64,000 nt of DNA from Nitrosopumilus sp. (GTDB lineage Archaea > Thermoproteota > Nitrososphaeria > Nitrososphaerales > Nitrosopumilaceae): positions 736,001-800,000 of the forward strand of contig CBDBLX010000002.1 in assembly GCA_965207445.1 (NCBI GenBank), written 5' to 3'. Position numbers and translations under genes: made by a program. This document shows, piece after piece, positions 9,730-19,272 of the stretch. Below the pieces are notes generated by a model. It ran no database searches, was not told the origin of the DNA, and saw nothing but the letters and a program-made list of their open reading frames with translations. Each line of letters begins with the position of its first letter. The stretch's first letter is position 1.

Positions 9730-11195
9730 AGCGACAAAATATTCTCAATGCACGAGTCACTTTTCGTAACTCTCCGATACATGTGCTTGAGCGTTTTACT
9801 ATTAGAGATGTGTACGATGCATATGAGCAATTTCGCAAACACTCTGATCTTGATGAGTGTGTTATAATACAGACGTGCAATCGTATAGAACTCTTTGCAA
9901 AGTCTGACTCTATTACTGATAATGAGAGTCGAATCAAACGTACATGGGCCTCATTAACAGGACTCGACGAGGCTGACTTTAATACAAACATGAAGATATC
10001 TCGTGGAGATGACGCATTATATCACCTACTCAAATTAACATCGGGGTTGGACTCTATGGTGGTTGGGGAAGAACAAATACTAGGTCAGATCAAAGAGTCT
10101 ATTACCACTGCTAGACAGATGCATGCCTCTGGAAGACACATGAATACATTGTTTGACAAGGCAATCAAAATCGGTACCCGAATTAGAAACAATACGGGAG
10201 TTGGTAAGGGGGGTATATCGGTAGGTTCGATGGCAGTAAAACTTGCCGAAGAAAATATTGATGACTTGAAATCAAAAAAGATTCTATTGATTGGGACAGG
10301 TGAAGTATCTACATTGGTTGCAAAGTCACTTTTGCGTAGAAGATATGCATTTGATATTACTAGTCGAACAATGACACGTGCACGCGCGTTTTGTGAGTCC
10401 ATGGGTGGGACACCTGTGCGATTTGAGAATGTACTGTCGGGATTTACAGACTATGATGTTATGTTTGTAGCAACCACTGCGCCCTATTCTCTTGTAACGT
10501 ATGAGCGACTATCTCAAGCAATGTCTGATTCTGATGATACTAGTTCACTGACACGACCTGGTATGATGATATTGGATTTATCAAACCCTCGTACCGTTGA
10601 TGAACGTGTTGCTACCATTGCAGGTATAAAATTGATGAATCTTGATCAAATATCTGAGATGGTAGAAAAGAACATGTCTACTCGTTCAGGTAAGATACAG
10701 GTAATTGAGAACATGATCAAAGAGGAAGTAAATGTATTAGATGCTTCTATGCGTAGGCTTGATGCAGAACCAATTGCAGAGCATGTGTTTAAGAGTATAG
10801 AAGCATTACGTGTTAAAGAACTTCAAAAAGGATTGCGCACCTTACATGAGACTGATCCGAGACGTATAAAGATAATCGACGATCTGACTCGTGAAATAGT
10901 TGAGAGTGTTTTGTCTGCCCCTATGAACAATTTGCGTAAAGCATCTGAGCGTGATGATGCTGGTGTTATTGCATTTGCAAAAAAATTGTTTGATTATGAT
11001 GTGTATTCTGTTGATATGACATGTGATAATGATGCCTCTGTTCATGATGCCTCTGAAGCTAATACTGATGATTGTAGCACCGGTGATGATGTTGGTGATG
11101 ATACTACTACTGATGTACATGGTTCTGATTCTAATATTGTTGTTGATTCCTCTAATACTGATAAAACTGATGACCATAATACTTTACACGTATGA
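9726..11195 (+). CDS. hemA: Glutamyl-tRNA reductase with an Asp-rich C-terminal extension
   Basis: IQTCNRIELF, SGLDSMVVGEEQILGQIK, IGTGE, DLSNPR. Confidence 0.95.
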   Translation: MKRQNILNARVTFRNSPIHVLERFTIRDVYDAYEQFRKHSDLDECVIIQTCNRIELFAKSDSITDNESRIKRTWASLTGLDEADFNTNMKISRGDDALYHLLKLTSGLDSMVVGEEQILGQIKESITTARQMHASGRHMNTLFDKAIKIGTRIRNNTGVGKGGISVGSMAVKLAEENIDDLKSKKILLIGTGEVSTLVAKSLLRRRYAFDITSRTMTRARAFCESMGGTPVRFENVLSGFTDYDVMFVATTAPYSLVTYERLSQAMSDSDDTSSLTRPGMMILDLSNPRTVDERVATIAGIKLMNLDQISEMVEKNMSTRSGKIQVIENMIKEEVNVLDASMRRLDAEPIAEHVFKSIEALRVKELQKGLRTLHETDPRRIKIIDDLTREIVESVLSAPMNNLRKASERDDAGVIAFAKKLFDYDVYSVDMTCDNDASVHDASEANTDDCSTGDDVGDDTTTDVHGSDSNIVVDSSNTDKTDDHNTLHV

Positions 11196-11952
11196 ACCAA
11201 CCCGTTTTAACATAATAATAAGATCATATATTTTTAAGATGTATCATCAGACGACAGACCGATATTTTTACACAATTCCTCCCAGACATTTAGTCCACGT
11301 AGATTTCACGTCTCAACACAACTAAATATTACACAGAGATTTTCTGCCCCCCTGTCACTCTTTAACTGTAAATGATTGTTCCTCTGACTTGTTACATGTT
11401 TCATCTACTGTCCTCTAATATTTGTGGTAGAGTGGACAAATGGATACAAAACAAATGCAAAAAGTTTGGGCGCTGCGTTTTCTAGTGTGGTGCCAAACTT
11501 TTTCATTATTTCGTATCTACTTTTTTTATATCTAGATATTATATCACGCAACCATTTTTGAAGTTTTGTAACATATGAACGCTTACTCTTTGGTGAGTGG
11601 CAGACTCGAGTCCATTTGCGCAACGTGATAATTTTTTTGTTCAACGCATTATACAGATTGATAGCAGATTCAAGTTCACTACAATTTGCAATAGTTTCAC
11701 TCTCCTGCACAATTTGTTGTGTGCAGCGCTGTTTTATGTGATCTGGAAATACCGCATCATGTATGGTATCCATCTTGACTTGCCGCACCAACAGTTTTTG
11801 GACTATGCTGAGCTCTGTTGCACTATGACTTTGAGCGTGCATATGCACCACAGTGTCATAGTTTCTAACTACAATTATTCATCTTTTGTGCTCACCTTTG
11901 TATTCTGTTTCATCCATGATTACTGATTGTGATTTTTCTAATTCTGTCATGT

Positions 11953-13343
11953 CAGTAGTTCGCAATGTGTTTTATATGATTTTATTTAAATAATCTGCAA
12001 TGTCGTTGAACGTTGATGATCATATTTGATCAGATCAAATAGAAAGTATAATATGTGGGGACATTTTAGTACCTCTGATAATATATGAAAAATGAGGTAC
12101 TAGAACATCAATATGAATTAGGACAAGTAAATTATAAAGTTTTACGAAAACGATTCGACGATCTCGGACTAGACATATCAACCAGATATAACCACACGTA
12201 TGAGGTGGATGATTATCTTGGTACACTTGTCACCATGTCACTCAACAACATGTGCGTAAATGCAGCAACACACAAAAGAAAACGCAATGAGGCTAACTAT
12301 TTTAGAAAAAACGAGCGCATAAACATACCATCTGAAAATACTGTGCTCAAATGCCTAAAAAGTGCAGATCTAGAGAAAGTAAAACAATGGGGTGACGAGA
12401 ATGTCAAAGCAATGCTCAAGAATGCCAAAAAACATAACATGGTCAAAAAAGGCGGTACTATTGCAATTGATATGACCGGATGGGAATATTATGGCAAGGC
12501 ACTCAAACCCGAGATGCTAAAAACAAAGCCCAAAAATGGTACTGCGAGATTTCATTCATTTATGACGGCACAAATGGTAAATCAAGCAGGTAACATACCT
12601 TTGTTTGCACATCGTGTGACCAGTAAGGATAAAATGGTCACAGTCATGCGTAAAATCATTGAAAAATTAATTCGAGAGGATGCACGTCCGGAACTTGGCC
12701 TCTTTGATCGGGGTTTTTACAATGTTGCATGCATAGATGAACTTTTGCGCTTGCGCCTGTCTTTCATAATGCCGGCAATTAAAAATAAGCGCATACAAAA
12801 ATATATTTTAGAAGTTCACAACAAAAAGAGAAAAACTGCATCAGTCATTGAGATGCGTGATAAAAACAAAAAAGCAGTAAAGTTCACATTACTTATCGTC
12901 AAAAAAAATAATGCCAAAGGAACTGATAAAACAGTCGATCAGTATGTGGCATTTGCCACAAATATGAAAATCACTAGCAAAAGCAAACTCATCAAAACCA
13001 TCCCAGAGACTTATCGCAAGCGCTGGATAATAGAGACAGGATACAGAGTGATAAAAAACACGACTCCAAAGACAACTAGCAACGCCTTGCAGCTTCGATT
13101 ACTGTTGATATTTTTTGGAATGTTATTATATGGTTTATGGGTAATGGCAAGGTACGAAAATTACGGCGGACTTGTAGATGAAAAATTATTCACAATGGAT
13201 GCGTTTGTAGATTCAATTGCCGGTTCAATCAGAAGACTGCTTCGGTGGGAATTGGAGCACGGGGGTTCCTTACCATTGTAAATCTGTCGCACTGTATAAT
13301 TAGAAATAAGATCATTAAAAATTGAGCACATTGCGAACTACTG
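11953..13343 (+). mobile_element. Complete ISH3-family (IS4 superfamily) insertion sequence, 1391 bp
   Basis: Perfect 17-bp TIR CAGTAGTTCGCAATGTG (11953-11969 and 13327-13343); 4-bp TSD ATGT at 11949-11952 and 13344-13347. Confidence 0.93.
12085..13281 (+). CDS. DDE transposase, ISH3/IS4-like
   Basis: IAIDMT, LFDRGFY and YRKRWIIETGYR (YREK-like) motifs; intact 398-aa ORF inside the TIRs. Confidence 0.92.
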   Translation: MKNEVLEHQYELGQVNYKVLRKRFDDLGLDISTRYNHTYEVDDYLGTLVTMSLNNMCVNAATHKRKRNEANYFRKNERINIPSENTVLKCLKSADLEKVKQWGDENVKAMLKNAKKHNMVKKGGTIAIDMTGWEYYGKALKPEMLKTKPKNGTARFHSFMTAQMVNQAGNIPLFAHRVTSKDKMVTVMRKIIEKLIREDARPELGLFDRGFYNVACIDELLRLRLSFIMPAIKNKRIQKYILEVHNKKRKTASVIEMRDKNKKAVKFTLLIVKKNNAKGTDKTVDQYVAFATNMKITSKSKLIKTIPETYRKRWIIETGYRVIKNTTPKTTSNALQLRLLLIFFGMLLYGLWVMARYENYGGLVDEKLFTMDAFVDSIAGSIRRLLRWELEHGGSLPL

Positions 13344-14027
13344 ATGTAGCCGTCTCTTGTGGATTTTAGTATTGTAGTTTGACGGTAGTACATATTACGA
13401 ATTGTCGTATCAGAAACGTTTAGTTTGTGCAGGTTATTCAAATCTTGTGTAATCGTTTCAACAGTCTTTCTGTGTGAGAGTTGATATGTTATATAACGAA
13501 TTACAGAATAATCGCACTGGTCGTTTACTGAAATGTTCTTTAGCTTAATTTTGCACCGCAGTCAAGATAATTGTACTGGGTAGTTTTGTGTAATGTTAGT
13601 GTGAGGAACAAATCAGGTATCGAAACTATTGTCCGTTTTTTATCTTTGTTGATGTCTTGCATGTTGTTTTTACCCTCACATTCTGGGCAGGCATGTAGCA
13701 ACATGTCTCTTTTTTTCTGTTGCTTTGAATATATGAGTACAACCATTTCGTTAGTTTTTGATATTGATGTTATACTCTGTCATTGTCCTATGCAACTTAC
13801 TAGATGAGTTGCTGTGAGCATTCCTACTGGCCGACATCTAATTTGAAGGGGGCTTTTACATAACCACTACTAATTACATGACTCGGAAAATTATGTGCAA
13901 GTATGTCTATGCTGTGAAATATTATAAAAGATAAACTGACCTTGATTTGCTAAATGAATAATAAATTACATAACGCAATATACCAATCTCTCATAATTTG
14001 GTACTAATCGCAACAAACACTAATGGT

Positions 14028-14210
14028 TTAGCATTCTCTTCGTTCCAATTCTAGCTTGATTTTGTAGATGGTCTCTTCACATCGATCAACTAAATCTGCA
14101 TATCCTCTCCATGCTTCCATTTCTGCAAGTTTGGTCTTGAGTTCCTCACAGGTGCGAAGGTCATCAATATCAAATGGTGTTACTGGTGCCATACTTTTGT
14201 TTTTCTGCAC
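14028..14210 (-). CDS. Small helical hypothetical protein
   Basis: 60-aa ORF overlapping the 3' end of the MNT-HEPN gene; no recognised motif. Confidence 0.35.
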   Translation of the reverse strand: MQKNKSMAPVTPFDIDDLRTCEELKTKLAEMEAWRGYADLVDRCEETIYKIKLELERREC

Positions 14211-14886
14211 ATGCCCAATTAAACGTTTCTTTAGCTAGTGATGTAAATTGAATATGATTTACATCTGTATGCTGCCAAAAATATTTTGAAAGTTTTGCAA
14301 TGGTATTTGCGTATGGTGCATTGACTTTCTTGGCATATTTATCTAGGTCCTTTGTGTGAGAAAATTGATTGTCCTTTAATAATAGGACAGTTTTTAGAGA
14401 AGCTGCCACACTATGAAACGCTAGAGTAAGCATATATCGGGCAGTACACTCTTGCATGACTTTTGTCTGTATCTTGAACAAAAATTGTTTTGCTTTGTTT
14501 AGCCAATATGTACTAGACAGTTCATAATTTACAATAGGTGATATTGTCAACCCATCAAGTGATCCATAAACTAGAATGTTATTACGTAAAGCATAATAGT
14601 ATTCTGTACCATATATGTTACATTTATCTTGTATGTGAGAATATGTGTCAAGAAAGACTGTAGTACTTTTGACACCTCCTTCACACTTTAAGATATCACA
14701 TATGTGCCAATTAAGTTTAAACCATTGAGATTCGGCAAGTGTTTTATTTAATATGCACATAATGTCTAAGTCACTATCGGGGCGCTGTGTATTGCGTGCT
14801 TGTGAACCAAAAACAATTACTGTATTAATTTTATCTGGCATGTTTTGTTTTAACATGTCAATGGATACACGTCCTTGCTTGTTCAT
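14170..14886 (-). CDS. Minimal nucleotidyltransferase (MNT)-HEPN fusion protein
   Basis: VFGSQARNTQRPDSDLD (GS..DxD) followed by HEPN-like 'AFHSVAASLKTVLL..FSHTKDL'. Confidence 0.8.
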   Translation of the reverse strand: MNKQGRVSIDMLKQNMPDKINTVIVFGSQARNTQRPDSDLDIMCILNKTLAESQWFKLNWHICDILKCEGGVKSTTVFLDTYSHIQDKCNIYGTEYYYALRNNILVYGSLDGLTISPIVNYELSSTYWLNKAKQFLFKIQTKVMQECTARYMLTLAFHSVAASLKTVLLLKDNQFSHTKDLDKYAKKVNAPYANTIAKLSKYFWQHTDVNHIQFTSLAKETFNWACAEKQKYGTSNTI

Positions 14887-15094
14887 AAAAATATAATGAT
14901 AATTCTACAATAAATATTCTCAGAAATGAATGTATGTTCTGTGGGTTAACGTATCATCTCGGGTCAAATCGGCAGTCACAAACGGTACCGGGACTTTGCT
15001 ATGGGCGGCAAAACGAAAGATATATTAAACTAAATGCGCGCTTAATTTAATCCTGAAACGAAGAGTCCAAAGTAATCATGAATTGTATGCGCGC

Positions 15095-17135
15095 ATGACA
15101 GTGGCGCAGACTGTCAGGTGCAAAGCCTGCAATGGCACAGGCGTGGTAATGATGGTAGATGACAAGTGCAGAGAGTCATCCCAGAATACGCTACTGTGCA
15201 GAGAGGTGGCCAGGGCATGGGGTGCAGTTGCAACACATGAGTAATTTTTGAAGAGTATCTATGAGATATCCCAAAACGTAATAACGGGACTGGTTAAAAT
15301 CGGCCAAAAAAGATGACAAGATTGCAGAACAGCAGCAGACCATTGAGAGAATGGATAGTGAGTTGAGGGTGTACAAGGATAGGGTGAATGGTGGTGATGG
15401 TGGTGATGGTGTGGGAAAAGATAATGATGCTGACAGTGGAGCATAATAGTTTCATTAAAGATCCGATAGTTTTCTAATATTTTGTATTCATAATATGTGC
15501 TCAACTTCGAGATGAATATCAATCAAAATATCGGATCTTTAATCATATCAGTAAGCAGGAGAAAAAGAAGAACTCGGGCAAAAAAAGACCCGGCGTGAAT
15601 ACCGACGCGCCGTAGTCGTGTATGAGGCGCAAAAAATGGGCTTGGTTCCAAGACGGTTGCAGCAGAGACACAAAAAAGAAGAAGAAAGCCGGGGCCCAGA
15701 AGGGCCACAGAGGTGTGTCGCGCGGGGGAAAAGTTGACAAGACTGTACACCTCCAATCCGGATTATGTGACGGGTGTGGAAGATTTGATGGGATGAGTCA
15801 AGACCATTCGCAAGCGCATGAATGACTTGGGTAAATCTAGACTAACCACAAATGAAGTGATGTATGTTAAGAATGTGAGACTGTGTCCGGAATGCCTCAT
15901 CTATGTCATCTCGCACGCAGATGACATACATGGCACGTCGTTTGGGACAAGCATGCGCGCACAAATACATACATACCGGGACGGGCATGCAACAGAGATA
16001 TATGTGTACATACATTGCCGGGATAGAGGATGTGTCATTTTCAGAAGGGACTATATCTGCGTGCATCTCTGCGATTTCAGCACACGAGGACGGACCTGTG
16101 CTGGCATTGCCTAACGAACAGCCCATCACGTTTGATGATGATGACCTGCGCGAGTTTCGCTCGCCCGTACGGCCGTGTCCACCAGATGACACCGAATACG
16201 GACGGCTTGATGCGATACTTACACAACGCTCCACACTGTGGACGTCGTTTCTCCCCCCACCTCTCACCGATAATGGTGCGCATCATACAGCGTACATCGA
16301 TGGATCCGTATGCCAGCACCGACGAGACTGGCAACCATATAGGAGGGGCCGGCGTGCAGACGTCAGTTGCCAAAACCACACATACCACGCAGGTTCGAAT
16401 CATCAAGCACCGGGACGCAGACACGCTGCACAAGATCTGGGTCTGGCTAAAACACAGGCCCGCAATGCGTGACGGCACTCGCGGATACGAGTGGCACGCA
16501 AACAAAGAGGATGGTACAGATGGGGACAGGGCATGATGCGACGTCCACCTTTTACGTGACGCCGAAGAGTCTACCATGGAATACAATCTTGGATCACCGC
16601 AACACGTGCGTCACCATGAGATGCGCGGCATATGCCACGACGCCAACCGCATCCGCAAGATCGCAATGGACCGTGCAGGTGGACCCCTTGTATGTGCAAG
16701 CCATCTAGGGCACATCCACAAGATTCGGGGACTTGTATCATACATTGAACAGCAGAACCACAGGCTCACAAAACACGTCCAGAATCCCTTGAGATGGCAC
16801 CTCCTGACGCGGTCACCACGACCATATCAAACGCGCTGCCCAACATGTTCACTCTGATTCGTGTACCGGACATGCCCCTCCTCCACAACAACAACGGCAA
16901 CGAGTTGTCAATACGCGATAACGTCGTAGTCGACCGTCGCCGCATTGTATTTCCCGATGCAGTGGGCGCTTACAACTTTTCTGTAATGAGAACTGTCGTT
17001 GCCACCTGCAAAAAGAATGGCACTATCTCATATAAGGGCGTCACGGGCATGGCAGAAGATTCAACATGGAACATCTTCAGCGTCGGTATACCTCCGCCGA
17101 TCTTCGGCTCGACAGGGGGCGGAGACGCACACTGA
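15095..17135 (+). pseudogene. Frameshifted IS66-family transposase, GC-rich, interrupted by MITE-B
   Basis: Fragments KKKAGAQKGHRGVSR, CDGCG, CPEC, STDETG, RDGTRGYEW, NALPNMFTLIRVPDMP..NNNGNELSIRD..V.RR, TCKKNG spread across several frames. Confidence 0.85.
15444..15553 (+). mobile_element. MITE-B copy 1 (110 bp)
   Basis: Subterminal perfect inverted repeat ATTAAAGATCCGATA/TATCGGATCTTTAAT; 4-bp TSD AGCA; near-identical copies at 22368 and 63072. Confidence 0.9.
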
Positions 17136-17508
17136 CAACAGGACAGAACTCACGACATCCGTAGTTCAGTTTCGCCCCCACATGCATAATTGACCAATAC
17201 GGCGGCAGGGTTGTCGCCACATGGGTATGAATTTGACCTGAGCTGATATGATTGACAAAACATCTACGCCCAATAAAACAAATTACACTCAACATCATCC
17301 TACATAATATAAATACTATATGAACAATTTATGTTCATTAAATTATTATTTTTATCTGGATATTTTATTTTATAACTAGTTTGAGATCAAAATATCATAT
17401 TTTACCTAGATATAAAATAATCAAATATCAAAATTTATTATTTTAAAATCTACAAATATTATTTTCAATCTCATAAGATGATATGTTATTGTTGTATGGT
17501 CTACTACA

Positions 17509-17796
17509 TTATTCTATTATCTTGACTCCTTGCCAAAATGCTATCATTCCTTGTATCTGCTGTGCCTCTGAACTAGGCTCAGCATAATACCATGCGCAGT
17601 CGTTGTTTGACTTGCCATCTTTTGTTACGATGGAATAATAGTTTGCCATTCCCTTCCAGCCGCAAAAACTCGTGGCCTTGCTTTTTTGCAACAACTCCAT
17701 ATTGACTGAGTCTGCAGGAAAGTAGTGATTCCCCTCTACCACTATTGTATCGTCACTTTGAGCAATTATAGTATCATTCCATACAGCTTTGACCAT
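17509..17796 (-). CDS. DUF427 (nucleotidyltransferase-like) protein
   Basis: IAQSDDTIVVEGNHYFPADSV, CGWKGMANYY, AWYY.EP, IAFW. Confidence 0.9.
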   Translation of the reverse strand: MVKAVWNDTIIAQSDDTIVVEGNHYFPADSVNMELLQKSKATSFCGWKGMANYYSIVTKDGKSNNDCAWYYAEPSSEAQQIQGMIAFWQGVKIIE

Positions 17797-17805
17797 TCAA
17801 ATCAC

Positions 17806-19272
17806 CTATTGTACATCTCCCTTCATCTCTTCTCGTGACCGAAACTGTGGAGTCACGCCAAGTGCATCATAATTACCTGTCGCACAAGAAAAACACATAG
17901 AATCAATGGGAATATTAACTGCTGTTGCTAGTGTTTGCGCATCGTTGTATCCTAAAAAGTCTGCACCAATGTCACGTCTTACCCTCTCTACCACTTCTTC
18001 TCGCGTCATATTGTTCTCTTTAAACCCATTGCTCGGATATGTTGCAAGCTCCTCTTGTGATGGAAAGTCTATTCCTGCATAACATGGGTGCGTGACAGGT
18101 GGATATGTAATTAACATACTTATCTTACGTGCTCCTGCACGCTTTAGTGCTTTGACAATTGACTTTGAGCTAGTCCCTCTAACCAAACTATCATCGATAA
18201 CTATTACATGCTTGTCTACTATAATCTCCTTTATTGGCATTATCCACCTGTTGATCTCAATGCGCTCAGTCTGATGTGGCTCGATGAAACTGCGCAATGG
18301 TCCTCTCTTACTATATCTGTCCTTGAGTAACCCCTCATCAAAAGATATGCCGATCTCTTGAGCATATCCTAATGCAGCGGGTCTAGCAGAGTCTGGAACA
18401 GGAATTACCAAATCTGCATCATGTATTGGGAATTTGTGTGCTAGGAGCTTGCCAATATTCTTTCTTGCAACATAGATGTTTGTTCCTTCCATGTTGCTTG
18501 ATGGATGTGCAAAATATGTAAACTCAAATGAACAGTGAGCCCTTGACTTGTCATTTGAGAACATCTCGGATTCTAATCCATCCACGCTTATCCGAAGCAA
18601 CTCACCTGGTGTCACGTTTCGAACCAAAGACGCACCAACTGCAGAGAGTGCTGATGATTCAGACGCTACAATGTATACATTATCATCTTTTTTATGTCCT
18701 AGCACCATGGGTCGAAACCCCTTTGAGTCCCTTGCGGCATAAACTGAGCCATCATCTGAGACAAATGTAAAACAAAATGATCCGACCATCTCATCTTTTA
18801 ATATTGTTAATGCTTGTCCAATTTTGCTATTTTCTGATATTAGTGACACTAGACGTTGAGCGGCTACTAGCGTATCGCTTGCACTCTGTGGTGTAAATGT
18901 ACATCCACCGACTAAATTTGAGAGTTCATGTGCATTTGCTATTGTGCCATTGTGTGCGATACACAAATCCTTGACTTTGAGTGGTTGTGTATTTTCTAGT
19001 CCACCACTTCCTACAGTTGAGTACCTTACATGTCCAATTACTGCATGTGACGAGTATTCGGCAGACAATCGTTTAAAATCCGATGATGAATCAGATACTA
19101 ATCCCATGCGCTTTAGTGGACTTTTGTTTGGTATTGCAATACCCCATGCCTCTTGGCCGCGATGTTGCAGTGCTCTTAGTGCATCAATACACATTGGAAC
19201 AACATTTGTTTTGTTCAGGCTAAACACACCCACTACTCCGCAGTTCTCGTGAGGTCTGTCATCAAGTACCAT
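17806..19272 (-). CDS. purF: Amidophosphoribosyltransferase
   Basis: Propeptide then CGVVG, LQHRGQE, GHVRYST, HNG, PVPDSA, IDDSLVRGT. Confidence 0.96.
   Translation of the reverse strand: MVLDDRPHENCGVVGVFSLNKTNVVPMCIDALRALQHRGQEAWGIAIPNKSPLKRMGLVSDSSSDFKRLSAEYSSHAVIGHVRYSTVGSGGLENTQPLKVKDLCIAHNGTIANAHELSNLVGGCTFTPQSASDTLVAAQRLVSLISENSKIGQALTILKDEMVGSFCFTFVSDDGSVYAARDSKGFRPMVLGHKKDDNVYIVASESSALSAVGASLVRNVTPGELLRISVDGLESEMFSNDKSRAHCSFEFTYFAHPSSNMEGTNIYVARKNIGKLLAHKFPIHDADLVIPVPDSARPAALGYAQEIGISFDEGLLKDRYSKRGPLRSFIEPHQTERIEINRWIMPIKEIIVDKHVIVIDDSLVRGTSSKSIVKALKRAGARKISMLITYPPVTHPCYAGIDFPSQEELATYPSNGFKENNMTREEVVERVRRDIGADFLGYNDAQTLATAVNIPIDSMCFSCATGNYDALGVTPQFRSREEMKGDVQ

Larger units (their letters stand above)
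11190..13870 (-). mobile_element. Decayed IS66-family element (single-transposase type) interrupted by an ISH3-family IS
   Basis: Fragments CPEC, MDETEY, LFAFVLYPFVHSTTN, QLKSDRGAENL..FSCVET. Removing 11953-13347 rejoins LKSTRDGY-MTELEKSQSVIMDETE in frame. Ends are defined by homology to 62990-63319 and 46910-47029. Confidence 0.8.

Noticed and set aside
11181..13879. Target duplication around the IS66 relic (ACTTTACAC versus TAATTACAT)
   Set aside because: Only 5/9 identity in AT-rich DNA, and the termini share only GTA.
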